Shown: one piece after another, positions 40,083-49,435 of the stretch
How the letters are laid out: every line of letters starts with the position of its first letter
How positions within the stretch are numbered: the first letter of the stretch is position 1
DNA from: an uncultured Candidatus Rokubacteria bacterium
GTDB lineage: Bacteria; Methylomirabilota; Methylomirabilia; Rokubacteriales; DASRDR01
Length of the DNA stretch: 64,000 bases
Reading direction: 5' to 3'
Assembly: GCA_963826115.1 (NCBI GenBank)
Contig: CAWGVS010000005.1
Location: 1,984,001 to 2,048,000 of the forward strand
The notes under the pieces: model-generated
Databases searched by the model: none
The model's input: only the letters and a program-made list of their open reading frames with translations
Told to the model about the DNA's origin: nothing
Position numbers and translations under genes: made by a program

Positions 40083-40367
40083 TCACGACATGCGGTCGCC
40101 ATCGGGCGGGCGGGCGCTTTCGAGAGGCGTCGCGCCCGAGGGCTCCGGCTCGAGCAGCCGATCATCAGGGTGCTTGTGGGCGCCGCACCAGCGCGACGCA
40201 CGCATGAACTGCAGCGTCGCATTGAGTCCCCCGCGCCCGGCTTCGGCCCGGTACTCCGGATTCCCGTAGCGCCCCTCGCTGGGGCACCGTCCCGTCCCGC
40301 TGAACTTGCCGTGCCAGCAGCGCTCCACCGTGCGATGCTCCTCCGACGATGGCGTCTCCCTCGACAA
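40083..40367 (-). CDS. Small hypothetical protein with Cys/His residues
   Basis: RCWH..RCP..WCGAHKH; the only plausible ORF in a long spacer. Confidence 0.35.
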   Translation of the reverse strand: MSRETPSSEEHRTVERCWHGKFSGTGRCPSEGRYGNPEYRAEAGRGGLNATLQFMRASRWCGAHKHPDDRLLEPEPSGATPLESARPPDGDRMS

Positions 40368-40569
40368 GGCGCCACGCCTCTCGTTCGCGCACTACAATGA
40401 GAGTGGGCGTGGAGGATCCCGCGCTTCCGGCTCGGCAGGTGCGACGGCCCGGGGCCAGTCAGGCTTACCTATCGGTGAACGCCGTGACGTCGGCTGAGGG
40501 TGCTCCCCCAGTGCCTCCAGCGGCACCAGGTTGCCCGACGACACACGATAGGACCGCGGGCGCGCGTTG

Positions 40570-40605
40570 TCTTGACATTGCGCGACATTCTCTTGACACT
40601 TGCGC
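40570..40605. promoter_or_regulatory. Tandem direct repeat, candidate AraC-family operator
   Basis: TCTTGACATTGCGC at 40570 and TCTTGACACTTGCGC at 40591, 21 bp apart, just upstream of the araC-type gene. Confidence 0.55.
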
Positions 40606-40653
40606 CGCTCCGGCGGCCGAGCAGGGAGGATTGGATCCGTGCGCAGGAGACCG

Positions 40654-41652
40654 ATGATCTCTCTGAGCGCCGCGACCGGCCTGCTCGAGGCGATCGAGGG
40701 CGCCGGAGCGAATCCCGACCAGGTTCTGCGTCTGGTCGGGCTGGATCGCGCGGCGATGTCCAGACCGGACGGGTTCATCGCCTGCTCCGACTTCGCTCGG
40801 ATCCTCACGGAGGCGGCCCGCGCGACGCGCGACGACTGCTTTGGCCTGCACTTCGGCGAGCGCTACAACCCCAGGGACGTCGGGCCGGTCGCGTACGTCA
40901 CGACGAACTCGCCCACGATGGGGATCGGCCTCCAGAACGCGGTGCGCTACATGAGAGTTCACAACGAAGCCGTCAAGGTGTCGTTCGACGTCGAGGGGAG
41001 GTTCGCGTACGCGCGCCACGTGCTGGTCGACCCGGCGATCCAGGCGCCACGTCAGCACAACGAGTACAGCATGGCCGTGGGCTTGAGCTTGATCCGCCTG
41101 ATGATGGGAAGCCGCTGGGTCCCGGTCGAGGTGCACTTCGCTCACGAGGCCCCGCCGCAGGATTCGGAGCAGGTCAGGGTCTTCGGCGCGCCGATCTCAT
41201 TCGGCCACGCGGCGAACGCCTTCGTCATGGAGGGAGAGCTCCTCGATCGGCAGGTGCCCGCCGCCGACCCGCGGTTGTATCCGATCCTGAGGCGCTACCT
41301 CGACCAGGTTCTGAGCGAGATGCCGCAGGAGGACGACCTGCTCGCCTCGGTGCGGCGGATGGTCGGGGAATCGATGAGGAACGGCGACCCGAAGCTCGCG
41401 CACGTCGCCGGCAGGATCGCGGTCGGCCCGCGCACGCTGCAGAGACGACTGAACGACTCCGACGTCGACTTCAAGACGCTGGTGGCCGACACGCGCCGGC
41501 GGTTCGCGCTCAACTACCTGCGGGACGGCAGGCACACGCTCGCCGAGATCGCCTATCTCCTGGGGTACTCGGAAGTCAGCGCGTTCAACCGCGCCTTCAG
41601 ACGGTGGACCGGCTCCACGCCCTCGGACTACCGCCGGCGGGCGTCCCGGTAG
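40654..41652 (+). CDS. AraC family transcriptional regulator (OruR/VqsM-like)
   Basis: RTLQRRL and EIAYLLGYSEVSAFNRAFRRWTG. Confidence 0.93.
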   Translation: MISLSAATGLLEAIEGAGANPDQVLRLVGLDRAAMSRPDGFIACSDFARILTEAARATRDDCFGLHFGERYNPRDVGPVAYVTTNSPTMGIGLQNAVRYMRVHNEAVKVSFDVEGRFAYARHVLVDPAIQAPRQHNEYSMAVGLSLIRLMMGSRWVPVEVHFAHEAPPQDSEQVRVFGAPISFGHAANAFVMEGELLDRQVPAADPRLYPILRRYLDQVLSEMPQEDDLLASVRRMVGESMRNGDPKLAHVAGRIAVGPRTLQRRLNDSDVDFKTLVADTRRRFALNYLRDGRHTLAEIAYLLGYSEVSAFNRAFRRWTGSTPSDYRRRASR

Positions 41653-41667
41653 TCCGGGATCTGCCTC

Positions 41668-42924
41668 TCAGATCTCGTCGGCCCAGACGTCGGCGGGCTC
41701 CTGGCGACGCCGGAGGAGGCGCAACGTGCCGTCCGGCTCCAGCATGACCTCGGGGGCGCGGGGATAGGAATTGTAGTTGATGGTGGACATCGCCGCGCAA
41801 TAGGCGCCGGCGCCGCTCACCACGACCAGGTCGCCGATCTGGGGACGGGGCACCCAGCGGGGCCCGAGGGCCTCGGGGTCGCCCGGCGCCGGCGTGAGGA
41901 TGTCGCCCGACTCGCAGCAGGGACCCACGAAGACGACGGCGGCCGCCTCCCTTCCCTGGGCGAGAACGTCGATCGGGTGCTGAGCCCCGTACAGCGACGG
42001 ACGCGTGACCTCGGTCATGCCGGTGTCGAGCTTGGCGAACAGGTAGCCCTCGCGGCCGGTGTCCACCACGTCGACGCAGCTCGCCACCACTGCGCCGGCG
42101 CGGGCGACGAGGTACGTGCCGGGCTCGATCTCGAGACCGAGCCGGCGGCCATCCCGGGCCTGGAAGGACAGGAGCTCCGCGCGCACGTGCGCACCCACGT
42201 CGGCGAGATCGACCGTCGGCTCCTCGGGCATGCGCCCCACCTTGAACCCGCCTCCCAGGTTGACGGCGCCCACCTCGGGCAGCTTCGCCGCCAGCTCGAG
42301 CGTCATCCGGATGCAGCGCTTCCAGATCTCCGGATCCGTGCCCGAGCCCACGTGCGAGTGGAGGCGCGTGATGCGAAGACGGTGGCGCTCCGCGATCGTC
42401 TTGACCTCGTCGAGGTACTCGTGCCATATCCCGAAGCTCGACGCGGGCCCGCCGGTGTTGGTGCGCTTGGTGGAGCCGGTCCCCAGCCCCGGATTCATCC
42501 GGACCGACACCTCGCTCCCGGGAGCGACGCGCCCGAAGCTGTCGAGCTGGTGGATGGAGCACGCGTTGAACAGGACGCCCCGTCGGACGTGCTCGGCCAG
42601 CCGCCGCGACGGCATCTGGGAGGTGAGCTGGATCTCCGCCGGCGCGAAACCCGCCTCGATCGCCCGCTCGACCTCGAAGTCGCTGGACGCGTCGATGTGA
42701 ATGCCCAGCGCGCGGAACACGCGGAGAATGCCGCGCGACGGATTCGCCTTCATCGCGTAGCGCAAGGTGAAGCCGAACGGCGCCGGGAAGGCCAGGGCCG
42801 CGCGGGCGGCCGCCTCGAGCGCGGTGCGGTCGTAGACGTAGCAGGGGGTGCCGAACCGCGCGCGTACCTCGGCGGCGACCCCGGGGCTGAGAAACGGGGT
42901 GGCAGGGGCGATCGAGTGGTCCAT
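41668..42924 (-). CDS. lysA: Diaminopimelate decarboxylase
   Basis: GTPCYVYD, YAMKAN, HSHVGSG, NLGGG, EPG, GPCCESGD and GAYC. Confidence 0.9.
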   Translation of the reverse strand: MDHSIAPATPFLSPGVAAEVRARFGTPCYVYDRTALEAAARAALAFPAPFGFTLRYAMKANPSRGILRVFRALGIHIDASSDFEVERAIEAGFAPAEIQLTSQMPSRRLAEHVRRGVLFNACSIHQLDSFGRVAPGSEVSVRMNPGLGTGSTKRTNTGGPASSFGIWHEYLDEVKTIAERHRLRITRLHSHVGSGTDPEIWKRCIRMTLELAAKLPEVGAVNLGGGFKVGRMPEEPTVDLADVGAHVRAELLSFQARDGRRLGLEIEPGTYLVARAGAVVASCVDVVDTGREGYLFAKLDTGMTEVTRPSLYGAQHPIDVLAQGREAAAVVFVGPCCESGDILTPAPGDPEALGPRWVPRPQIGDLVVVSGAGAYCAAMSTINYNSYPRAPEVMLEPDGTLRLLRRRQEPADVWADEI

Positions 42925-42993
42925 GGGCGGTCATCCTACCTCAGGACGGCGACTCTTGCGCGTCCGAGTGAGCCCGCCGAGCCCTCGTCCCCC

Positions 42994-43022
42994 TTGTCTG
43001 AGCCTCGGCCGTCCGCTAGAGT
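42994..43022 (+). promoter_or_regulatory. Sigma70 promoter for the creatininase/ABC cluster
   Basis: TTGTCT-17 nt-TAGAGT. Confidence 0.5.
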
Positions 43023-43078
43023 TGAGCCGGCTCGATTCCGGCCCGGCCCAGAACCCTCTCTGACACTCAGGAGGTCCG

Positions 43079-43894
43079 GTGAAGGCGCGCGAGATCTTCG
43101 AGTACAACAAGCTCACCTGGCCCGAGATGAACGACGCGATCGAGCTCGGGAAGGTGATTCTCCTGCCCACGGGCTCGACCGAGCAGCACGGCGCTCACCT
43201 GCCCCTCGACACCGACCTGTTCCTGGTCGAATCGGTGTGCCGGGAGCTCGGCCGGCGGGCGCCGGACAAGGTGCTCGTCCTGCCCGGCATTCCCTACGGG
43301 CTCAACATGCATCACTTCGACTTCCCGGGGACGATCCACGTCGAGCCTCAGCACTTCATCGACTTCTGCGCGGACGTGCTGAAGAGCGTCGCCTACCACG
43401 GGTTCCGCCGGATGGCCGTGATCAACGGGCACGGCTCGAACATGCCGATGGCCGACCTGATCGCCCGCCGGGTGGTGCTCGAGACTCCCGCCATCTGCTG
43501 CGCGTTCGGTTACTACAACATGGGGCGCGACGAGAGCCTCGAGAGCCTCGAGAGCGGCGTGTACGCGCACGCGGACGAGTGGGAGACCTCGCTCTACCTC
43601 CACTTCGACGCCGAGCGCGTCCAGATGGACAAGGCCGTGCAGGACACCGACCGCGTGGGACGCACCATGACCTCCGACAGCACCACGAACGTCCGGTTCA
43701 ACGACTTCTGGGGACGCTGGACCAAGACGGGCGTCCACGGCGACCCCACGAAGGCCAGCCGCGAGAAGGGCCGCCGGATCGCCGAGGCCCTCATGAAGGA
43801 GATGCTGGTCTGGCTCGACGAGTTCCGAGCCTGGCCGATCGAGGGACGTCAGGACCAGCACCGGCTGCCGGTGCAGCGGGAGATCCGCTGGTGA
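43079..43894 (+). CDS. Creatininase/MftE-like amidohydrolase
   Basis: GSTEQHGAHLPLDTD, FPGT, NGHGSN, HADEWETS and GDPTKAS.EKG. Confidence 0.9.
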   Translation: MKAREIFEYNKLTWPEMNDAIELGKVILLPTGSTEQHGAHLPLDTDLFLVESVCRELGRRAPDKVLVLPGIPYGLNMHHFDFPGTIHVEPQHFIDFCADVLKSVAYHGFRRMAVINGHGSNMPMADLIARRVVLETPAICCAFGYYNMGRDESLESLESGVYAHADEWETSLYLHFDAERVQMDKAVQDTDRVGRTMTSDSTTNVRFNDFWGRWTKTGVHGDPTKASREKGRRIAEALMKEMLVWLDEFRAWPIEGRQDQHRLPVQREIRW

Positions 43895-43914
43895 CAACCA
43901 AGGAGGAGACGGTG

Positions 43915-45498
43915 ATGCGATCAAAATGGTCGACACAATACGGGCTCGGTCACGCGGGCGGCTGTGTCACGGTGGTGCTGGCGCTTCTCCTGGGTACGAC
44001 CCTGATCGGTGCGCCCGCGGCCTCGGCTCAGGGCACCCAACTGAAGGTCGGCCTCCAGGGAGACACGTCCGACGTTGACCTCCACATGACCACGCACTAC
44101 GTGAGCCGCGTGGCCCTGCTGAACGTCTACGAGATGCTCTACGCCCTCGGTGAGGATCTCTCGATCCAGCCGATGCTGGTCGACAAGCACACCGTCAGCT
44201 CCGATGGCCTCGTCTACACGCTCACGCTCCGACGGGGAGTGAAGTTCCACAGCGGCAAGACGATGGATTCGAAGGACGTCGCCTATACCTTCAAGCGGAT
44301 CATGGGCGACCAGAAGGCGTGCCGCTCCGCCGAGCTCCGCAACTTCATCAAGGAGGTGGCGGAGGACGGCCCCCTGGCGGTGAAGATCACGCTGAACGCG
44401 TCGAACTCCGCGTTCCTGGCGGCACTGGCGAACGTGATCTGTCCCGTCGTCGTGTACCCGGACGGCGAGGCCGAGCGCCAGGGCGGCAAGGTGATCAAAC
44501 CTGTGGGCACCGGACCGTACGAGTTCGTCGAGTGGAAGAAGGACGCCTACCTCCGGGTGAAAAAGTTCAAGGACTACGCCGCCGACTCCCGGCCGACCTC
44601 CGGGCTCGCGGGTCGAAAGACCGCGATCATGGACACGGTGGACTTCATCCCCATCCCTGACGGGTCCGTGCGGTCCGCGGCAATCGAGCGGGGCGATGTC
44701 GACATCGCGATCGAGCTGAACGCCGAGGACGTCCCGCGGCTCAAGGCGACCCGGGGTGTCGTCGTCGGGTCGGTGCCCGGGATCGCGTTCGACGACCTGC
44801 GATGGGGCTTCAAGCAGGGGATCTTCAAGGACAATCTGAAGCTCCGCCAGGCCGTGGCATACGCCATCGACAAGGAAGAGCTGGCCAAGGCCGTCACCGC
44901 GGGGCTCGGCAAGCCCGTCACCGCGGGATTCCCGGCCGGCATGCCGTTCCACGGCGCGATCCACCAGCAAGACCCCTTCGCGAAGCCCGACCTCCAGAAG
45001 GCCAAGCAGCTCATGCAGGAGGGAGGCTATCAGGGCCAGGAGATCGTCCTCACCGCCCACCTGGTTCCCGACCGGATCGCCCAGGGCGCGGTCGTCATCC
45101 AGAGCCAGCTCCAGGCCGCCGGCTTCAAGGTGAAGGTGGTGACGCTCGAGTCCGCCGCGCTCCAGGTGGCCTTCAACAACGGCGACTTCGAGCTCTTCTA
45201 TTCCGGGCTCACGCCGCGCCCGGACGCGGACATCTACTACTGCGCCAACAACGAGAGCAAGGTGAGCCAGGCGCGCTACAACAACCCCGAGTGGGACCGT
45301 CTCTGCCAGGAAGGTCGCAAGGCCCTCAAGGCCGAGGACCGAGCCAAGGTGTACGTGCAGCTCGAGCAGCTCCGGCGCGCGGAGGGAGTCTACTACCCCA
45401 CGTACTACGTCCCGCAGATCGCCGCCTGGCGGGAGAACGTCAAGGGCTTCAAGCACTGGGCGGCAGGCTACGCGCGCGTCTGGGGTGTCTCGAAGTAA
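43915..45498 (+). CDS. ABC transporter substrate-binding protein, family 5
   Basis: Signal peptide; LRRGVKFHSG and PVGTGPYEF. Confidence 0.9.
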   Translation: MRSKWSTQYGLGHAGGCVTVVLALLLGTTLIGAPAASAQGTQLKVGLQGDTSDVDLHMTTHYVSRVALLNVYEMLYALGEDLSIQPMLVDKHTVSSDGLVYTLTLRRGVKFHSGKTMDSKDVAYTFKRIMGDQKACRSAELRNFIKEVAEDGPLAVKITLNASNSAFLAALANVICPVVVYPDGEAERQGGKVIKPVGTGPYEFVEWKKDAYLRVKKFKDYAADSRPTSGLAGRKTAIMDTVDFIPIPDGSVRSAAIERGDVDIAIELNAEDVPRLKATRGVVVGSVPGIAFDDLRWGFKQGIFKDNLKLRQAVAYAIDKEELAKAVTAGLGKPVTAGFPAGMPFHGAIHQQDPFAKPDLQKAKQLMQEGGYQGQEIVLTAHLVPDRIAQGAVVIQSQLQAAGFKVKVVTLESAALQVAFNNGDFELFYSGLTPRPDADIYYCANNESKVSQARYNNPEWDRLCQEGRKALKAEDRAKVYVQLEQLRRAEGVYYPTYYVPQIAAWRENVKGFKHWAAGYARVWGVSK

Positions 45499-45518
45499 CC
45501 TCCCCGGCTGTCTCTCCC

Positions 45519-45551
45519 GACCCCTCGCGAGGCGTTGCCTCGCGAGGGGTC
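45519..45551 (+). terminator. Hairpin after the SBP gene (terminator or mRNA stabiliser)
   Basis: GACCCCTCGCGAGGC-gtt-GCCTCGCGAGGGGTC. Confidence 0.6.
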
Positions 45552-45636
45552 CCGGGGAGCTCCTCGCGCTTCGAATCGGACCGTACCCGTCTGACGGCCG
45601 GCTGATCTCCTCCGCAGCATCATCGTGGGAGGCAGG

Positions 45637-46197
45637 ATGCCCGAATCCATTCCGGCGCCGCTCATCATCGACACCCTGAAGGACACGTTTCGGGAGGCCC
45701 GGGCCGCCCTGGCCGCCGAGGTTGCCGAGCCGCCGATGCACAGCCATCTCGGCTGGATCCTCAGCGTGCCCGACACACACCAGAAGACCGTGCTCGCCGC
45801 GCTCGACAAGGAGGAGTCGATCCGTGTCGTCACCTGCGCGACCGAGGACGAGGCGACCGCGATCGCGGCCGGGCTCCACGTCGGCGGGGAGCCCGTGGTG
45901 CTGATGATTCAGCACGCGGGACTCTATGCGTCGATCAACACGCTCCGCGGCGTCGCGATGGACGGCCGAGTCCCCGTCTTCTACATGATCGGCCTTCTGA
46001 ACCGGGAGAAGGACAAGGACCCGCGGGAATCACGGCACTCCATGGTCCGCTACTGCGAGCCACTTCTCGACACCTTCGGTGTGCCGCACGCGCGCTTGGA
46101 AGGGCCGAACGACGTGCGCCTCATTCCCGAGTACTACCGCCTGAGCCGCGCGCGCCTCGGGCCGGCCGCCGTGCTGGTCGGGCTGGAGACGAGCTGA
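45637..46197 (+). CDS. Sulfopyruvate/phosphonopyruvate decarboxylase alpha-like subunit (ComD-like)
   Basis: SVPDT, TEDEATAIAAG and MIQHAG. Confidence 0.75.
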   Translation: MPESIPAPLIIDTLKDTFREARAALAAEVAEPPMHSHLGWILSVPDTHQKTVLAALDKEESIRVVTCATEDEATAIAAGLHVGGEPVVLMIQHAGLYASINTLRGVAMDGRVPVFYMIGLLNREKDKDPRESRHSMVRYCEPLLDTFGVPHARLEGPNDVRLIPEYYRLSRARLGPAAVLVGLETS

Positions 46198-46198
46198 G

Positions 46199-46813
46199 GT
46201 GGCCCCGGTCCCTGACATCGCAATGAAGCCAGAGGACGTCCTGCGCGCCATCGCCGCCGAGCGCGGCGACGCCATCGTCGTTCCCACCATGACGACGGCC
46301 CCCGCCTGGCGCAGCATCGCGCCCAACGACCTCTCCGTGACCTGCGTCGGCTTCATGGGCGGCGCCTCCTCCCTCGGGCTCGGCCTGGCGCTCGCCCGTC
46401 CCGACCGGCGCGTTCTCGTGCTCGACGGCGACGGGTCCTTGCTCATGCAGCTCGGATCGCTCGCCACGGTGGCCGGGGCCGCCCCCCGGAATCTGGTCCA
46501 CTTCCTCTTCAGGAACGGCGTCTACCACACGTCGGGCGCGCAGGGGATCCCGGGCGGCCTGTCGGTCGACTTCGTGATGATGGCCAAGGGGGCCGGCTAC
46601 CGGATGGCCAGTGCCATCGACGACTTGGGGGACCTCAAGCGCCGGCTCCCCGACCTGCTCGGAGCTGCAGGGCCGGTCTTCGTTGAGCTCCACACAGGAC
46701 TCGCCGAGCAGACACCGATGACCGTCCGCGAGCGCACCCCGTTCCACCAGCAGCTCCACGATGCTCGGGTCAAGCTCCTCCGCCCTCGCGGAAGCGCGGT
46801 CGCCGACACCTGA
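46199..46813 (+). CDS. ThDP-binding decarboxylase beta-like subunit (ComE-like)
   Basis: MGGASSLGLGLALA, DGDGSLLMQLG and NGVY..SG.Q. Confidence 0.8.
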   Translation: MAPVPDIAMKPEDVLRAIAAERGDAIVVPTMTTAPAWRSIAPNDLSVTCVGFMGGASSLGLGLALARPDRRVLVLDGDGSLLMQLGSLATVAGAAPRNLVHFLFRNGVYHTSGAQGIPGGLSVDFVMMAKGAGYRMASAIDDLGDLKRRLPDLLGAAGPVFVELHTGLAEQTPMTVRERTPFHQQLHDARVKLLRPRGSAVADT

Positions 46814-46838
46814 CCCTCACCCGCCCCAGGAGGCCATC

Positions 46839-47042
46839 ATGCCGCTCGACCCTCAAGCTCAGCGTGTCGTCGACGCGATGGCTGCGCTCAATCTCAAGCC
46901 CGTCGAGTCCTCGGCGCCCGCCGAGGCGCGCGAGTCGATCCGCACTCGCACCGCCGCCCTCGGGCCCGCTCCGGACGTCGCGGCGGTCGCCGATCACCGG
47001 GTGCCCGTGGCGGGCGGTGAGATCATCGTGCGCGCGTACTAA
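46839..47042 (+). pseudogene. N-terminal remnant of an HSL-family alpha/beta hydrolase
   Basis: MPLDPQ..DHRVPVAGGEIIVRAY* stops before HGGG and the catalytic residues; strong AGGAGG RBS. Confidence 0.7.
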
Positions 47043-47996
47043 ATGCATCCGCTGGCCAGACTCGTCCTCGGGCGCTTGATCGCGCTCGTGCCCATGCTCC
47101 TCGCCCTCAGCATGGCCTCGTTCGCGCTCGTCCACGTGATCCCGGGCGACCCGGCGGTCGTGATGCTCGGCAGCGAGGGGTCCCTCCAGGCCGTGGCCGA
47201 GCTCCGCGAGCGGCTTGGTCTGAATCGCCCGCTCCACGTGCGGTATCTCGAGTGGCTCGGGCAGATCGCACGCGGCGACTTCGGGGAGTCCCTCTACAAC
47301 AAGACGCGTGTGTCCGAGGAGCTGGTCTGGCGGATGCCGACGACCGGCGCCCTCGTGATCCTCGCCCTCGGGTTCTCCATGGCCATCGGCATCCCGGCCG
47401 GGATCCTGTCCGCCGCCTTCCGAAACTCGTGGGTCGACCACGCGGCGAGACTCCTCACCCTGGTGAGCTTGTCGCTGCCGAGCTTCTGGCTCGGGCTCAT
47501 GCTGATCATCCTCTTCTCGCTGAAGCTCAACCTCCTGCCGATCGTGGGCTACGAGCCAATCACGCAGGACTTCTGGAAGGGGCTCCCCTTTCTCATCCTC
47601 CCGAGCGCCGCGCTCGGGACGTACCTGGCGGCGCTTCTCACGCGACTCACGCGCTCGAGCATGCTCGAGGTTCTCGGGCAGGATTACGTGCGCACCGCGC
47701 GGGCCAAGGGACTCACAGGATGGGCTGTGGTGACCCGGCACGCCCTCCGCAACGCACTCATTCCCCTCGTCACCGTCATCGGCATCAACCTGGGCATCCT
47801 CCTCGGCGGGAGCGCCGTCATCGAAACGGTCTTCGTGCTACCGGGGGTTGGCCAGTTCGTCGTGCGGTCCATATACAACCGGGACCTCCCGGTGATCCAA
47901 GGCCTGATCCTCTACGTTGCCTTGGTGTACGTGCTGATCAACCTGCTCGTGGACGTGCTCTACACGTACCTCGATCCACGGCTCCGGCCGAACTGA
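47043..47996 (+). CDS. ABC permease, DppB/OppB family
   Basis: PGDP, GDFGES, PSFWLG, DYVRTARAKG and HALRNA. Confidence 0.93.
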   Translation: MHPLARLVLGRLIALVPMLLALSMASFALVHVIPGDPAVVMLGSEGSLQAVAELRERLGLNRPLHVRYLEWLGQIARGDFGESLYNKTRVSEELVWRMPTTGALVILALGFSMAIGIPAGILSAAFRNSWVDHAARLLTLVSLSLPSFWLGLMLIILFSLKLNLLPIVGYEPITQDFWKGLPFLILPSAALGTYLAALLTRLTRSSMLEVLGQDYVRTARAKGLTGWAVVTRHALRNALIPLVTVIGINLGILLGGSAVIETVFVLPGVGQFVVRSIYNRDLPVIQGLILYVALVYVLINLLVDVLYTYLDPRLRPN

Positions 47997-48009
47997 GTCG
48001 GTGTCGACC

Positions 48010-48963
48010 ATGGGCGAGCGAGTCGGACCGACGGCATTGGGCGCGGCCGAATCGTCCGGCGTCGCTTTCGGAATCGACGGCGCCGGGCCAGGGTTGGGCC
48101 CGGCCGCGGCGCTCCCGCCGCGGCGGTCGAGCGGGGCACGCATCCGCAGCTGGATGCGCAAGAACCCTCTCTCCGTGGTGGGCGCCGCCATCGTGCTCGC
48201 ACTGGTGGTGATGGCCGCGGTGGCACCGTACCTGCCCCTGCAAAACCCGGTGCGGATGAACGTGCCCAAGCGTTTCACCCCGCCCGGGGCGGCCTTTTGG
48301 TTCGGAACGGATCACCTGGGCCGGGACGTCTTCAGCCGGGTCATCCACGGCGCCGCGTTCAGCCTCACGATCGGCGCCCTGACCATCCTGCTCGCCGGAG
48401 TACCGGGCGTCCTTGTCGGCATCTTCGGCTCGACCGCCCCGCCGCGTCTGGCCGGTCTCGTGATGCGAGCGCTCGACGTGCTGATGTCCTTCCCGGCGCT
48501 CCTCCTAGCCGTCGCGGTCGGTGCGGCGCTCGGAACCGGCGGGCGAAGCATCGTCATCGCGCTGAGCGTCGTGTACTTCCCGCGGATCGCTCGAATGACT
48601 CGCGGCATCGCGCTGTCCGTGATGGCGCAGGAGTACGTCACCGCCTCGCGCGCCCTTGGCACTTCCGCTCACCGCCTCGTCCTCCGGACGGTGGTGCCCA
48701 ACTGCCTCTCGGTGGTGGTCGTGCAGTGCAGCCTCTACTTCGCGGAGGTGCTGCTCGCCGAGGCCGCCCTGTCGTTCCTCGGGCTGGGCGAGTCCCCGCC
48801 CCGCCCCACCTGGGGCAACATGCTGTACGAGGCGCAGAAGAACATGCGCAACGCGCCGTGGATCGCCATCTTTCCCGGCACCGCCATCGCGGTGTCGGTC
48901 TTCGGGCTGAACCTGTTCGGCGACGCGGTGCGGGACGCGATGGACCCGCGCCTCAGGACGTGA
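48010..48963 (+). CDS. ABC permease, DppC/OppC family
   Basis: FGTDHLGRD, EAALSFLGLG and GDAVRDAMDP. Confidence 0.92.
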   Translation: MGERVGPTALGAAESSGVAFGIDGAGPGLGPAAALPPRRSSGARIRSWMRKNPLSVVGAAIVLALVVMAAVAPYLPLQNPVRMNVPKRFTPPGAAFWFGTDHLGRDVFSRVIHGAAFSLTIGALTILLAGVPGVLVGIFGSTAPPRLAGLVMRALDVLMSFPALLLAVAVGAALGTGGRSIVIALSVVYFPRIARMTRGIALSVMAQEYVTASRALGTSAHRLVLRTVVPNCLSVVVVQCSLYFAEVLLAEAALSFLGLGESPPRPTWGNMLYEAQKNMRNAPWIAIFPGTAIAVSVFGLNLFGDAVRDAMDPRLRT

Positions 48964-49083
48964 GGCGCGGGCAGGTCGCGCCGACAAGGACGATGCGGCC
49001 CCCTGACAGCCGAGCGGGCTGTTCCTCATCGAGGCGGGTTGCGCGGGCTGTCTCGGCCCCGCTTCGGGAGTAGACGGGGACCG

Positions 49084-49347
49084 CTAGGGACGGATGGTGC
49101 GCTCGGCGGAGCGCAAGGTGTCGCTCACCTGCGCCTTGCCGTGGTCGAGCATCTCCTCGGCCCTGCGAATGGGAGCGGCGGCGCGATCGAACGCGCGCTC
49201 GGCCGTCTCCTCGACCGAGTGGATCCGGTCGGCCGCGCCCACGCGCGCGAGCCGGGTCTGCTCATCGAGGTAGGCTTGGATGTCGTCCCGGAAGAACCAC
49301 ACGATCAGACCGCCCGTCACGACGCCCGCGAGAAAACCCTTCACCAT
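49084..49347 (-). CDS. YtxH-like small membrane-anchored protein
   Basis: GFLAGVVTG anchor followed by a helical region; AAGGGGGAG RBS. Confidence 0.6.
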   Translation of the reverse strand: MVKGFLAGVVTGGLIVWFFRDDIQAYLDEQTRLARVGAADRIHSVEETAERAFDRAAAPIRRAEEMLDHGKAQVSDTLRSAERTIRP

Positions 49348-49435
49348 GGCTCCCCCTTCTGGCTGTTCAGGACCACTGGCCCGGCGCCGATCACGGTAGC
49401 ACAGGCCCGGTCGCGGGGGGAGCCGACGGAGGCCC

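Noticed and set aside
43079-43894. Mycofactocin (MftE) or RiPP cluster
   Set aside because: No precursor peptide, radical SAM enzyme or MftB-like gene nearby.
41977-43914. Apparent 1173-aa SBP fusion
   Set aside because: The N-terminal part overlaps lysA (antisense) and the creatininase gene. The real start is the ATG at 43915 after an AGGAGG RBS.
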